Shown: one piece after another, positions 23,366-36,200 of the stretch | Layout: each line of letters begins with the position of its first letter | How positions within the stretch are numbered: the stretch's first letter is position 1 | Assembly: GCA_964187785.1 (NCBI GenBank) | Contig: OZ076409.1 | Span: 24,430,001-24,494,000 of the forward strand | DNA length: 64,000 nt | Direction: 5' to 3' | Source of the DNA: Amphiscolops sp. MND2022 | Lineage: Eukaryota | The notes under the pieces: model-generated | Database searches by the model: none | Told to the model about the DNA's origin: nothing | The model's input: only the letters and a program-made list of their open reading frames with translations | Translations under genes and position numbers: made by a program

Positions 23366-23851
23366 TACGAAATTCATTGTGAAACATTCAACAGTGCAAA
23401 CCAACAACTCGACAATTTACAGTCGGACGGAAGCCTAAGCTCAGAGATATTCATAGTAGAATATGCCGCCCACGAAGAATCAACGACTAGCACTAGAGTC
23501 CTAGAACATCTAGAGCAAGTTCAACAAGAGGACTCCAATTCGTATTTTGTTACCCCTCCTGGTACACCAAGAAGAAGAAGCATCCAACCAATAAGCCCCC
23601 TGAACGACCTGGAGGATAGGAGAGATAAAGCAGTATCTGCATCCACCAGTGAATCTGTGCCTCAGCTGTCGCTACAGCCCAGACAACCCGGCAAAGGCGT
23701 TCTCCCAGAAAAGTGGCGCTGTCACAGCCCGCTCCCGGTCTGGGACATTGCTGCAAACGCATCGGAATCGGGGGAGGACACGGCTTCAGCCTGCGATTCC
23801 CCAAACGGTATTTTTAAAATATTAACTTCAAACATTAGTACTCGCATTTAA
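23366..23851 (+). CDS. Putative extra sense ORF crossing the PPT into the 3' LTR (unknown function)
   Basis: Stop-free frame of 161 codons (YEIHCETF...VTPPGTPRRRS...EKWRCHSPLPVWDIAANA...STRI). No in-frame ATG; a CAAAATGG start at 23325 is in another frame. Confidence 0.35.
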   Translation, partial: YEIHCETFNSANQQLDNLQSDGSLSSEIFIVEYAAHEESTTSTRVLEHLEQVQQEDSNSYFVTPPGTPRRRSIQPISPLNDLEDRRDKAVSASTSESVPQLSLQPRQPGKGVLPEKWRCHSPLPVWDIAANASESGEDTASACDSPNGIFKILTSNISTRI

Positions 23852-26083
23852 AATGAACTGTGACTGAAAATAGAAAATATACGTCTATGTTGTGCAGATC
23901 TCAAACGAAAATGAAAACAGGAAATTGAAGGGACCAAAATGATTTCATCCATTTCCGGCATGACGTTTTTGCCACGTAGTAATAAAAACATTCACCGCCT
24001 GAAAACTAAATTAAGATGCGTCTTGGAATAAAAGATTATATAGTATTCTAGATGGAAACATATCCAAAATTCCCTATAAGGAAGAACATCAATCAGATCT
24101 AAAACAGAAAATACATTGAGATGACACACTGAGGATATTACGACTCTTCTAAAAAGACAGCTTAATTGCACTTTGAACAGCGATTAATAAGAAACAGGAC
24201 GGTGGCTTGTCGCAAAAAAATAAATTAGACAGTACATGCAAATATTACCATACTTGTGACGTCACCAACGCGTCACTGACTAATCAGCTAACTGGGAGTA
24301 TTCCAAATTACTCGTAGGCGTGACGTCAACAACTTGGCAGCTAGTCAGAATTTCATTCCAAAATATGAGTCAGCAACTCGTCAAACTTGGCAGACTGCCT
24401 AGCTAGTTGAGAAAACTTGTCAACGCTACTTCGCAAATCCATCAAACTAGCTGTTTTAGTCCACCAAAATCAATGAAATGAGTACTACTGTGATGAATTA
24501 AATATAAAGAAAACGTTTAGAATACGTCTCATGTAAAAAGAAAAATAGCAAAAAAAAATTGTTGATTTACGTCAACATTTCGTCAAGCAAATTACAATAA
24601 ATCTGAATGACAAACTAACAGCGTATTAAAGGTCAGAATTTACGGATTTTCTACACATTTCTTGAATAGAAGCCACAGCCTATAACTATAATTGAATGAA
24701 ATTGAATGTATTTTGTACTGAAAGCATATTTTTGGACAGTTTGTACCTTTGTACCCAGTCAGTCTGTAGGATGTAATTGCTATTTTAAACCAAATTCGCA
24801 GAAAGGGGCTAATCAAATGCATTTAGCTAAAGCGTTTTCACGCTCTCGTTATTAATGTATACATCTCCTAATGCTGAGGTTACGTGTTAAAAGTTTTATG
24901 GTTTCTGTTTCATTGACCAGTTGCAAAATATTGACGTTGTGTTGACAAATAATACTCCTGCTTGAAAAGTATTGCTACTCAAATCATTTGTTGTCATCTT
25001 GCTGCTATTTAAAGTATTATTGCATCCAAATAATAATTGGTGTTAATTTGTTATCAATTAATGTTCATTTTGGAATGTTATCAGCCAGAAATGGGAATCT
25101 AAACTGAAATAATTTCAATTTTCAGCTCATAAGCCAATCCTTTTTTTGTCTCTTATCATCTCTAAATATCCGTAGCGAAGGCAATTTGTAACAATTTCTC
25201 AAGTTGAAATTCAAAATCAGGTATTAGTTGTTCATGCCAGCGTTAGATCCGCGTCAAATTTCCAACGACCCGATGCAGTAAAACGGGAAAATACTTCCGG
25301 TTTGACTGACTGAAGTAAAATCTACTTCCCTCGGAGGCATCAAAAGGACGCCGGATTGAATGATATGATCATGGTTGATGACTAATGCTAAATTAAGTTT
25401 GTTGTGTGTTAAAATTTGACAAATTGTCTACGCAAATTCGAGATCATATTGATTTTTTCATCAAAAAAACAGGAAATGACTAATTGGTCGGGAATATACT
25501 CGTGATCCAATGATGCTAGGAGGGTATAAAAAGGAAAAGCTTTGATTTTAGACAGACTTCAGTCTTTCTTCGTTGCTAAAACTAGTTGCGCAATTTTCAT
25601 CTTTGAAAAACTTTGTCTTCAACTTTGTTGAAACGAATATCTCAAAAGTAAATTCAAACTTTGAAATTGAGCCTTTTCATCCAAAACTGTCTACAACAAG
25701 AAGCCAAAAGAGAAAGAGCAATCAACAAGAGAGCACCGAGAGCGTAAGTGAAGGTTTAGTTTCACCAATAATAGTAGAAAATACTTGTCATCTGGACCAG
25801 GATGTAAGCGTTGCGGGGCCTTCTAGATCAAAATCCCCCAGAATTGAAAATAGCCTTTTGGAGAGTTTGAGAACTTCTTTGAAGATGGAAATCACTTCCG
25901 AAATCAAGAGTCTTCTCGTGGAATCTCAAAAAGAAATGTTGAAACTATATAAACCTAAAATAGGTGAAAATGTCAGAGAGAACATTGAAGAGGAAACACA
26001 GAACGAAGTGAGGAGTCTTTACACTCCTACAAAATCTCTCAGCATAAATTCAACCCAAAACGACCCGAACGAGAGTCGTAACA
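23720..26083 (+). repeat. 3' LTR (2364 bp), carrying an open copy of the gag N-terminus (25687-26083)
   Basis: TGTCAC...CGTAACA; direct repeat of 8719-11655. ORF 25573..26088 mirrors 11145..11655. Confidence 0.92.
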
Positions 26084-27229
26084 CATAAGGTTTTTGGCAG
26101 AGGGTAACTTCATGGGGTAACTCCATCGCCCTTACTCGATAAAAGCTACTTTTAACGGACTAAAAAGAAGGTGCTGGTAAGTTTCGAAAATCTTCGAGAA
26201 CTTGCTGATAAGTAGTTTTCATTGTTTGTGTTGGATTTTTTTGGAAATTTTCTTTTTCATAACATCTTTCAAAACAAATAATCTGCTTTTTCTTCTTCAA
26301 CTTCGTGATCTTTTGTGAAGTCGAGGAAATTTCAAAATATTTGTCAAATTTCGGTTCATAAACCAGTTTCGCACCGCATTTGTGCACAATATTTAAGTAA
26401 ACAATGTTTTTGTGTTTTTTTTGTTGATTTTGTAACAATGCGTATTTAACCCAAACCCCCCCCCCCGGGGAATGAATAAATTCGAAATTGGTTTTTTCGA
26501 AATCACTATCCATTATTTACAAACTGGTGTTTGTTTTAAAATTAGCAAAAGTGACCTTTTTTATGTTGTTCATGCTTTCTTGTCAATTTTGGCGCCGGAA
26601 ATCAAAATCAACCAATTGACACTGGAAATCAACCAATAGGAACGCGTTCAAAATACTCAAATTTTATTGGCTGGCTGAAATTTAAATTTCGGCACGATGA
26701 ATAGCTTGGAAACTTTCGACGCTTTGACTATTCGACGCTTTGGGAATCCGCCAGATTGATTGTTGGACATTTGTAAAAGTTTCTCCTTTTTGATCAACGT
26801 TTGTCTTTAAGCATTTTAGATGCATTTTCCAATTGTATATTTTTCTTGTTTAGAACGATTATCTTTAATTGAATTCTCGTTTCATCTCGATTTTTTACTC
26901 AATTCCGATACTGCATGATCACAAAGTAGTTCAAGTTATCAAATCAAAATCTCTACTTTCATCATCTACTTTCAAACATTCAAAGTTCGAAGTTTCGGTC
27001 ACTTTTCTATTTTTATTTGATGTTTATACAGCCAATGCATTTCTGCACATTCACGTTTTTCAATTTGTGCTGCTCACGTTTGTTTCTTTACCATCGTTAT
27101 TACAAATTTATACTCAATACACTTTAGTTACTACGTCTTAGCGAGCGAGTCATTTTACTTCAATTTATTTTTAATGTTTTTTTTGAGCTCATCCGTTTCA
27201 CCATCAATAATTAAACTAATCTGAAAAAA

Positions 27230-30200
27230 ATGCTACTTACTTGGTACAGGTTAGTACAAAATCAAACCAATGTTCTTCCAAATTATTCACACAAGGGTTT
27301 CATTGGCATTTCTCGGGGAGACACAAACGAAATATGAAAGTTAGATGTGCATGACAAGCTCTAGAGCCCGAAACCCCTAATTCAAGTTTGTAGAATAATG
27401 GCTTCTGATATTGAGATTAGACATCTCTCGCGTCATTCCGTCTACTAATTCTACTTCTGGATACAGTGAACATATATACAACTCTACAAACGTAGCGGGG
27501 ATACAGACTCCTTCTTACAAAACCCCTTCTTGCAAACTCCTTCTAACAAAATAATGTTGTCTGTTCAACAACGTCTGTTGTTTTTCAGTAAATGGAAGCT
27601 ACTCGTTGCATTTTAGTTTTAAAAAAAACACTAAATTCTCTTCAAATAATAGATTTAGAAACACAATATGCTCAATTTAAAAGGCAGTGTAGATAAAATA
27701 GAAGATAAACTCTTTTCAAAATTGACAGTTTTTCCCGATTAAAATCAGCTGTTGGTTTGCCCAGCAACCAATCATTTCTTTGGGGTAATTTGCCCGTCCA
27801 ATTGCATTCGTTGCAAACAGTCCAGTGCTGTGAAAAAAGAAATGGAACAAAATCCACTTAGAATAGCTGTTCTTTTGTTAAAAATAAAAATTTCTCAGGA
27901 TTTCATGTGGTTTTGAAAAAAATTTCTGTGATGTTTCGCTGAGCAATAATGACGAAGTTTCAAAATGGCACTCTCAAAATGGTATGGTTGGTTTCAAAAT
28001 GGTATGTATCAGAATGGAGAGATGTCTTTCAGGTCACAATTTTTGGTGTTTTAGTAGCTTGATAACAAAATTTTTGTTCATTTTCTTCTTATTTTTAGAT
28101 GATTAAAGTCTTTTCTTTGCTAAGTAAAAGTTTCAGCTTTCCAATCTTGTCAATCATCATGAAAATTTATTTTTTTCGAAGAATCGATTCTTTCTCCATG
28201 CACTCCATGTACTGAAACGAGGTATAGAAAGTTTCCGAGATAGGTGATTTAGAGATAAATGAAACTTTCTGAGGGTGATCAATGGATGACAAGCATCCTT
28301 TATGTATAATGAAATTAAGCATTGTATCAAGTCTAAGCACTTACTTCCTCAAAAGTTGACATTTGAAACCAAGCTGCAATATTAGGACTCGTAAAGAAAA
28401 CAAAATTCGAAAGAAAACAAAATTCGAAAATTGCGTTGTTGGTGATAAAAAATACAAACAAACAACATTGTGCGCAAAGTTTCGAGAAACTATTGACTTG
28501 CTCATTTTTACCGACTTCCAGTGCTTTTCTAAGATTCATGATTTTCAATCCAATTGGTTTTGCTGTATGTTCCATTTGGTTTTCACAGAACTGCATTCCT
28601 AATCCTCCTAGTATAGTGTCGCATTCGTGTATTGGTCAACAGATAGTTCATATATATCTTAGTTCCTGTCGTTTGCTTCGAAAAGCCCTGTGAACTTCAG
28701 ATTTCATGATTTGTCTTCAGCAAATTTTTCGCTGTTTTCAATGACTTTACTGAGACATCTTTTTTTCAATTGATTATAACATTAAACGTGTCAAGTTTTT
28801 CTGAGCTTCATAATTGTTATTTGTTTTTCTCCAAGTTTTGAGCCTTTGATGCGAATTCTGGTCAACTTTTCTATGTGAAATCTGACTTGTCCCTACTGAA
28901 TTCTAGAAAAGAGCCCGAAGTAAAAAGAAATTTAAAAAAAAAACATTTCAGTAACTCCTTGTTTCAACTTTCTAAAACTGTTTGAGTTGAATAAGGTTTG
29001 TTGTTGTAATTCATAGCAAAAATAACCCACAACTCAGCTGCCGTATGATTTTTAACACAGTAATAGTTGCCAACAATGAAGCAAAAAATCAGCCAATCAC
29101 CTCGTTTAAAAACGCCAATCACCTCGTTTCTTAGGAGTTACTGAAATACCTAAAGATTTGAATCTTAGAACAAAAAATTGTTTTTGTCGTTTCGCGAGTT
29201 TTACCTGAAAAGTCATTAACAACTAACTTCATAGCACACTTAAGTAGAATATAGTTTTCTTTTCACCTTATCTTCAATTTTCCTTATCAGACCCGAGGCT
29301 GAACATTTTTCATCCTCATTTCATTGGATTATTATAAATTACACCAGAAAATTTTGTAATTATGTAAATATCCAATCTGATGTGAACACAAAAGGAGCGT
29401 ATCTAAGGCGAGAAAAATTATTCAATTTTCTCACTACACAATCGATGTGCTCACGGGAAAGGAGCTTTTTATCCAAGTGAGTTCCAAAATGAACTTTAAC
29501 TTTCTCAGACACTTTAACTGTTTCAACTTCCTTCATCCTGACAAATTGCTTTTGATCACTCAAAACACTTCCCGAAATCTTGTACAATTCGCATCTGAAA
29601 CATATTTTGTCGATTGGTTCAATGAACTTTCGTCATTAAATGTATCGAAAACCTTTTTGAGGTCAGTGAAACATACTTGAGAGGTTGTTTTCTGTCAATT
29701 TGAACGTGTAGATTTTCGTTACCTTGACGACACTTGACATTTTTGCTTGAAACCCAAGTTGCGCTGAAGTGAGAATTTTATGATTTCAGGAAAAGACATC
29801 ATTCGTTCCGATCAACTTTTCTCGAAAAACTAACAGCAAAACTAATCGAACTGATTGCGCTGTAGTTTTCACTGGCACTTGGGTAACGTTTTTAATGCAT
29901 GCTACCTTTTGGATCAGCTTTTGGTCGAAACACAAAAAGTGCTGGAATGACAACTTAATGTCCTAGGACAAAAAAACACATCATCCGTTTCAAAAATTTT
30001 TTCCTAAAAATTGAGTAAGAAAATATTCAAACTGATCGGACAGTAGTTTTTGTAAGACTTGGTCATCTTTTTCTATACATGGGAGTAACTTCAGGAATTA
30101 TCTGCCAACAAGTAAAAGTCGAGGATTCTATCATCTCAATAAACATTTTTGCAAGAAGGGATCTATGACTGGTGAACAACACTTGAATGTTTCAATAGAG

Positions 30201-33200
30201 ATTCTATTATGACCGCTACTTTTTTGTTTTTTGAACGCTTTAGAAATGTAGAACCTTCTTGTGTTTCAGCGGGGGTTATGACCATTGTTTCTTTGACTCT
30301 TTCTGTGCTAGTATTGCCATCAGAAAAATGATGCGCTCAGCGAGAACATATCCTATAGTGGCGAGGTATTAATTGAATGTATCTACCTCCCGTGCAAAAA
30401 GTCTCAACCCATTTCGCAGCGTTGCAGATTTAATGGTTGCTTACATTTTCTTCGGAGTGCGTCAAAACTAGCTTGCCTTTTTAGCGCTAAACAGTTTGAT
30501 AAGTTTCTACGTTTAATTTCTTAAGTAATATGGTTTTCATGAGTTGGACGAAGTATCCACGTTTGGAACAAAGCGTTTCGTTCTGTGATGAGACCTTTTT
30601 CATTTTGTTTGTTATCCTTGAGTGTTTTGAGGTGAATTGATTCACCTCTCTCTGGGGTGAATGTTTGTCAACACATCGCATGGTTGTTCAAAATTCTACT
30701 TTGTCATCCCTTGGCGCAGACGTATTCATTTTACCCAGTTAATAATTCAGGGAAAAATATTTTCATTTTCAATTTTCAGAATGCTGCAATTTCGAATTTT
30801 GTATTAAAAGCGTTCTTTCTAGAAATTTTGTTTAAAAACTTAGATCAGCTGTAATTGTGAAAAGATGACCCATTGTAGTTTTAATGGTGTCGGTCTGATC
30901 AGTTTTCCGAGTAAATAAAAGATAAAGGGCCTTTTGGTGTTGATTGTTATTCTTGTAGGTAAATTAGTTTTAATTCAAATCTAATTGCCATCGGAAGATT
31001 TCAACAATTTCTTCTGTCATAGTCAGTTGACTGTTTCTAACCTAATTGAGGACTAATTATCACCTGAATGAGGTGAAAAAATGAAGTAGTTTCTCAGAAT
31101 TATGTAAACAGTTGTTCATTCGAAGCGTTTTTGATTGGTTGATATTGGTATCATTGAGCCTAAAGTCGTTAATAAAACACTCGAATTCTGTGTTCAAGTC
31201 GATGGATCTGAAATTGAAACCTTCTTTCACGTGAAATGCAATAACACGTGATCCTCGCTAACAGTCCATACTGGGAGTAGTTTAAATTGGTTGATAGCCC
31301 AATATGTCGTATTCACCAATGGGCTCCTTTCAGCGGTTCATGTCCTGTCAGTGCTAAACCGACAAGTTTCTGCTCAAAATTCTCTGTTATGTATTCAATT
31401 TGTCATTATTGAGTCCCGTGGACCTAATGGTCAAGCCTAATAGGTTTTAATTACTCTGATTGTGCCATTGATTGATGAACAACAACAAATTAAGTGTTTC
31501 TGACATGCATTATCGCTGTCCAGTGCTTCCAGTATTGGGGAATAGTTTCCGTTGACCTTTTCCCATTAGGAGTAGCCTATTTTGTACCGCCATAAACTTT
31601 GCGTTTATCGTTTTCTTTCGGCTGCCTACTGACTTTGTTTTTTGTTCTGGTTGTCAATGATTAGAAAATGACACAGTAATGATGAGCGCCTTTTGTTATT
31701 CTTCAATTTTTGCTTGATAAAGCCCATTCTTGTACACTTTTAATGGCTCCTTTTTGATCTTTATACATTTTCCTTCCAAGTCATGGTTCAGTTAAATTTC
31801 CACAAATCCGTAGTGTAAAAAAGGAGAACCTTTTTTGAAACTGTATAAAAACTGAATAACTAATCAAATCAAACATGCTCTAAAAACAATTCATAACAAT
31901 CAGAACATAACAGATGAAGGTATAATTGGGCGTAAGAGAACAATTGCAGAAAATGAACCTTTTGAAACTCATCTGACCCCTATGCACTTTTCAGCTGCGT
32001 CATTTTGAGCATTGGTGCAATAACTGCTGATGGGGCGGCTCCTAACATCGTGATTCTATTGGTTGATGATCTAGGGTTCAACGACGTGGGATTCCATGGA
32101 TCTCCACAAATTCTCACCCCAACAATTGATGATCTCGTCACAAATGCAACTGTGCTCTCTAGATATTACACTCTACACCTGTGCACGTTTGTCGTCTTCA
32201 TATATAATTTTTTTTAAAAAATCACGTCATTGCAAAGGTACTTGATGGATTTTCGAAACATCACAGAGGACAACATAATTAGCTGTCATTGAACTTAATG
32301 TCTGCTTTTCTGATAGGACCTGTTTGCGTGTTCTTTTATTGATTACGCTATAAACAATATCATACAAGTTACGACATACAGTGTAGATTAAGCATGTTTA
32401 GTATCAGAAAGCTTTATTTGTGGCAGCATTCAATCAAGTGATAAATGCTTTTCAAAATGAACTGACTCAATTCAGCAACAAAAATCAATACCCCTTTTTT
32501 GAGAAATACGTCATCTTTTTTTGAAAAAAAAAACATTCATTTCCAACTTGAATATTTTTTGTCAGAGTGTTGACTCAACAGATGTTGTCGATCAATTACT
32601 TCATTAAGATTTCTTTGTCGAGCATAGATTTCTTTAACAATGAAAACTTCAAATTTGATCTTCCACGTCTTTGAAGAAAATAAATCATACAACGTGTCCT
32701 ACTTTTGAGTAGAAGCAATTCATGTAATAAAAGTGGTTTCTCGATGGGTTAAGCCTTCATGAGACAATTGATTGTTATTTTTTCAAGCATTGCTAATGAA
32801 TTGCATGAAACCTAAACAGTCAGTAATCAGTCGTCTTGCAGATATAATTCAACTATTCCTTAATCACTTCTCCGAAGATTGGCCTTCAAAAAAGTGAATG
32901 ACTTGAACTAGAGTCTTTTCAGGCCTTCTCGGACATCATTGATGACAGGCCGCTATCCTGCCAACATTGGCATGCAATCAGTGGTTTTGAACCCTAGTAC
33001 AGCGTCTTATTTGCCTCTGAACATGCGTTTGATGCCAGAGTATTTTAAAAACATGGGATATTCAACCCACGCCCTTGGAAAGTGGCATTTAGGTGAGTTT
33101 TCTAATGAATTGCAGGCATACTAACATAACGCTCCTTCAAAAACGAGTGTTTGACAAAATGTTTTGAAGAGATTTTTAACTCGATCACTTGAAAACAACT

Positions 33201-36200
33201 CTCGGGGTTCCTGTGCAGATGACTGGCGAATTTAAGAACTGCCGAGGATTCCTAAGAACTTGTCAAGTTCTGAAACAGTGCTTACAAGTGCCACTTTTGT
33301 CATTACAAGTCCTGGACCAGTCCTGGAAAGCTAATGTAGTTTAGTGAATGAAAAGTCGAAATTTTCGCCAATACCGGGAGCTGATCGCAGACTTGTTGTT
33401 GAGAAACTGGAGCTGGGAGCCTCGCGTCCTCCCCATTAGATTATTTTTAGATATCAATTGATCAACTTTCTCAGGGCCTGGCAAGGATTGCAGCAGAACT
33501 GGTAAGGGCTTGACTAAGGCTTGAGACTCGACTGTTCGAAAACTTGAATTCTCTTTAGCAGTCCTTAAGTTCGCTGGAGTTTCAGTACGAGGTGATTCAT
33601 CTTACGAAAAAATTCACTAAAAAGAGTATTTCAAAGCATTGCTGTTTATTAACCGTAAAAAATAAAATCAATTTTCAGTCACCATTTTTTGCAGGTTACA
33701 GTGCGAAAGAGCATACCCCAACTTATCGGGGCTTCGACACGTTTCTGGGTTCATACACTTCGGGAGTTGACCACTTCACTCACGAGAGGTCCTATGAAGA
33801 AATGACAGGCGTGGATTTCCACGATAACGTCGGAACGAATTTGAGATGTACTTCACAGTTCTATGGCCAACATAGCACTGATGTTTTATCCAACCGAGCC
33901 GTTAACATTATCACAAGTCACAACTTTCAAGAAGCACCTCTTTTCGTCTATTTGTCTTTTCAGGTTTAAGATCAAAAGCTATCAGTTAATTCTGAGGCGA
34001 CTGAGCCGGAAAAAAACGCCACCAATTGATATAACCCAATCAAATTGAGTAACACCTGCAGGAATAAAAAGCGCGATACACTCATAATAGGTTAACGTAT
34101 AAGCGGAAGTATATACCGTTACTCGCTACCGCTACTGGTTCTGGTTTATAAATTCTCTGGTTTCAAAACCGTGATACAACCCTTCTGAATTATGAAAAGC
34201 CACTTTATCAAACACTAATACACACTGAGTGTTTCTAGTTGTTTAGGCTGTTCATAAACCTTCTCAAGCGAAAGTGGAAGACTTTGCGTTGTTCCCTGAT
34301 GTTCACGATACGAATCGTCGCCATTACGTGGCTTCTATCAAAAATGTGGATGATGCAATCAGGCAGATCGTGGAAAGTCTTAAAACCAGAGGAGTTTTGA
34401 ATGATACCATCATCGTCTTCTGCTCTGATGGCGGAGGATCCACTGGGCCAGGTAAGTTTAATTGATAATTAGTTTTGATCTATTGAGAAATAACTGCATT
34501 GAGTTCATGAAAACGAGGAACAAATCTTAACAAAGTGCATTAGAGTGTATAGGCAAACTAAATTTGCTCAAAGCACAATTTTGTGCTTTCAATACCTCGG
34601 ATTCCACGACCATGCATTTAACCGTGCAAAGTTGGCAAATTACGTCACAGTCCCGGATTCCACGGATTCCAGTAAAAAATGCTTAGCTGTACGCACTGTC
34701 TCAATTTTCGTGTCCCAGATTCCACGACAAGCAGCAAAACAGCTTGCCAATGCACTTTAATGTGTCTAAAAATTCTTCTCAAAGTCACCAAAGGTGATTA
34801 ATGTAGTGGAAGCATTTCGTTATTTCATTCGAGTTCACATTGGGTGCAGTTCAGAACTAGAAAGGTAAAAGTGTCCCTCATGAAATTGACCTACTGGGAT
34901 GCCAGTTTCGAATGTAACAGTAAGAGAGGTCAGAAAACGTTCACTTTTTATGGTTATAAACTGACCAATACTATACTTTTGATCCTCAAGTTCAACATAA
35001 CGCCTGTTCAAGTTCAACATGGAAATTTTCTGTCGATTTAGTATCATTCAAATTCAACATGCAATTTTGTTCGCTCTTCCGGTTGTTCATGATCAACATC
35101 GGATATTCAACTTCAACAATTCATTCAATTTTCAAACATTATACCCAGAAATTCCTATCGGAAAATTTTTCAGAAAGTCAAGTAAAGATTGCGAGAAAAG
35201 TACAATCGATGTGAAGACTTCGTACATTTAGCCAAGCTTCTGAGCATAAACAAAACAACAGCATATTCCATCGTTTTTGAGGGACGAAGATGCGCCATTC
35301 CATGGCGGAAAACGATATCAGATGTTTGGCGATGACATGCGAGATTACTTAGTGGAATGTCTCGAGTGTAACCCTCTGTTGCGTTTTCGTGCAAGAAAGA
35401 TGACCTCAAGCAAGACTTGCTGAGAACATGCAAAGGTTTCTCAATCCGGAACAGAACGGACACAATGGCATGACACTCGAAGAATTCTGCTTTAATAAAT
35501 TGAAAAGAGAAATTGAGCTGAGTAGCAGAAATGTTACAGCAGTGAAATGCCAAGAATGGGAGTGGAAAGCAGAATAAGATCTAAACCAATCAGAAGTCTC
35601 AAATTGACATGGATGGTGTGTTCTCCACCAATCACAAAGCGTTAGATCTTATTGCATTAGATCTTATTCCTGTCTCCTATTGGGAGAATCACGCGATGAG
35701 TTATGTGCCTCGCTGTTATGTCGAAGAAGATATATTTTAGTCTGGAAATGTCGATGTTGAAATTGAATTCTTCAGTTGAACTTGAACTTCCTTCTGTTCG
35801 TTGGTCTTGTACATTCGATACTATAATTTTGCCCAACTTGAACTTCCATTGACGAACTTGAATAGGAAACAGTTGAACTTGAAGTACAAAAGGTGTAATA
35901 GTATCCGAATAATTTTTCGCACCGAATTAGAAAACCGCTTATAGGGTGTCCACCCCGCGGAAATAGGGAAATGAATTTTTTTCTCCCTTCTACTGTTCTG
36001 AAATATAGCGTAAATAACTACGACGTACGCTATAACAGACTTATCGACCTTTTATCCGACATATATGCCACGAAGAAGGTGGTGGTTTTCATCTAACCAG
36101 TGTTTATTATTTGAATCGTTTCTACTTGAATAATATTTTTCACTGTTTTCTGTTACAACGTTTACAACGATAAAAAATATCGACGTTATATATACTAGAT

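Larger units (their letters stand above)
8719..26083 (+). mobile_element. Full-length but decayed Ty3/Gypsy LTR retrotransposon (~17.4 kb) with extra genes
   Basis: Two long direct repeats starting TGTCAC and ending TAA(C/T)A. PBS TGGTGACAGGA at 11656. gag-PR-RT-RH-IN order. Purine-rich AGAAAAGTGGCG just before the 3' LTR. Flanks CATGG/CATAA (possible decayed 5-bp TSD). Confidence 0.93.

Noticed and set aside
18870..23720. Possible env gene (errantivirus-like) after pol
   Set aside because: No long plus-strand ORF with signal peptide, furin site and TM anchor; the coding signal is on the minus strand.
34820..35935. Stretch with AAGTTCAAC / GTTGAACTT motifs in inverted arrangement
   Set aside because: Probably an old non-autonomous TE, but termini and TSD could not be defined.
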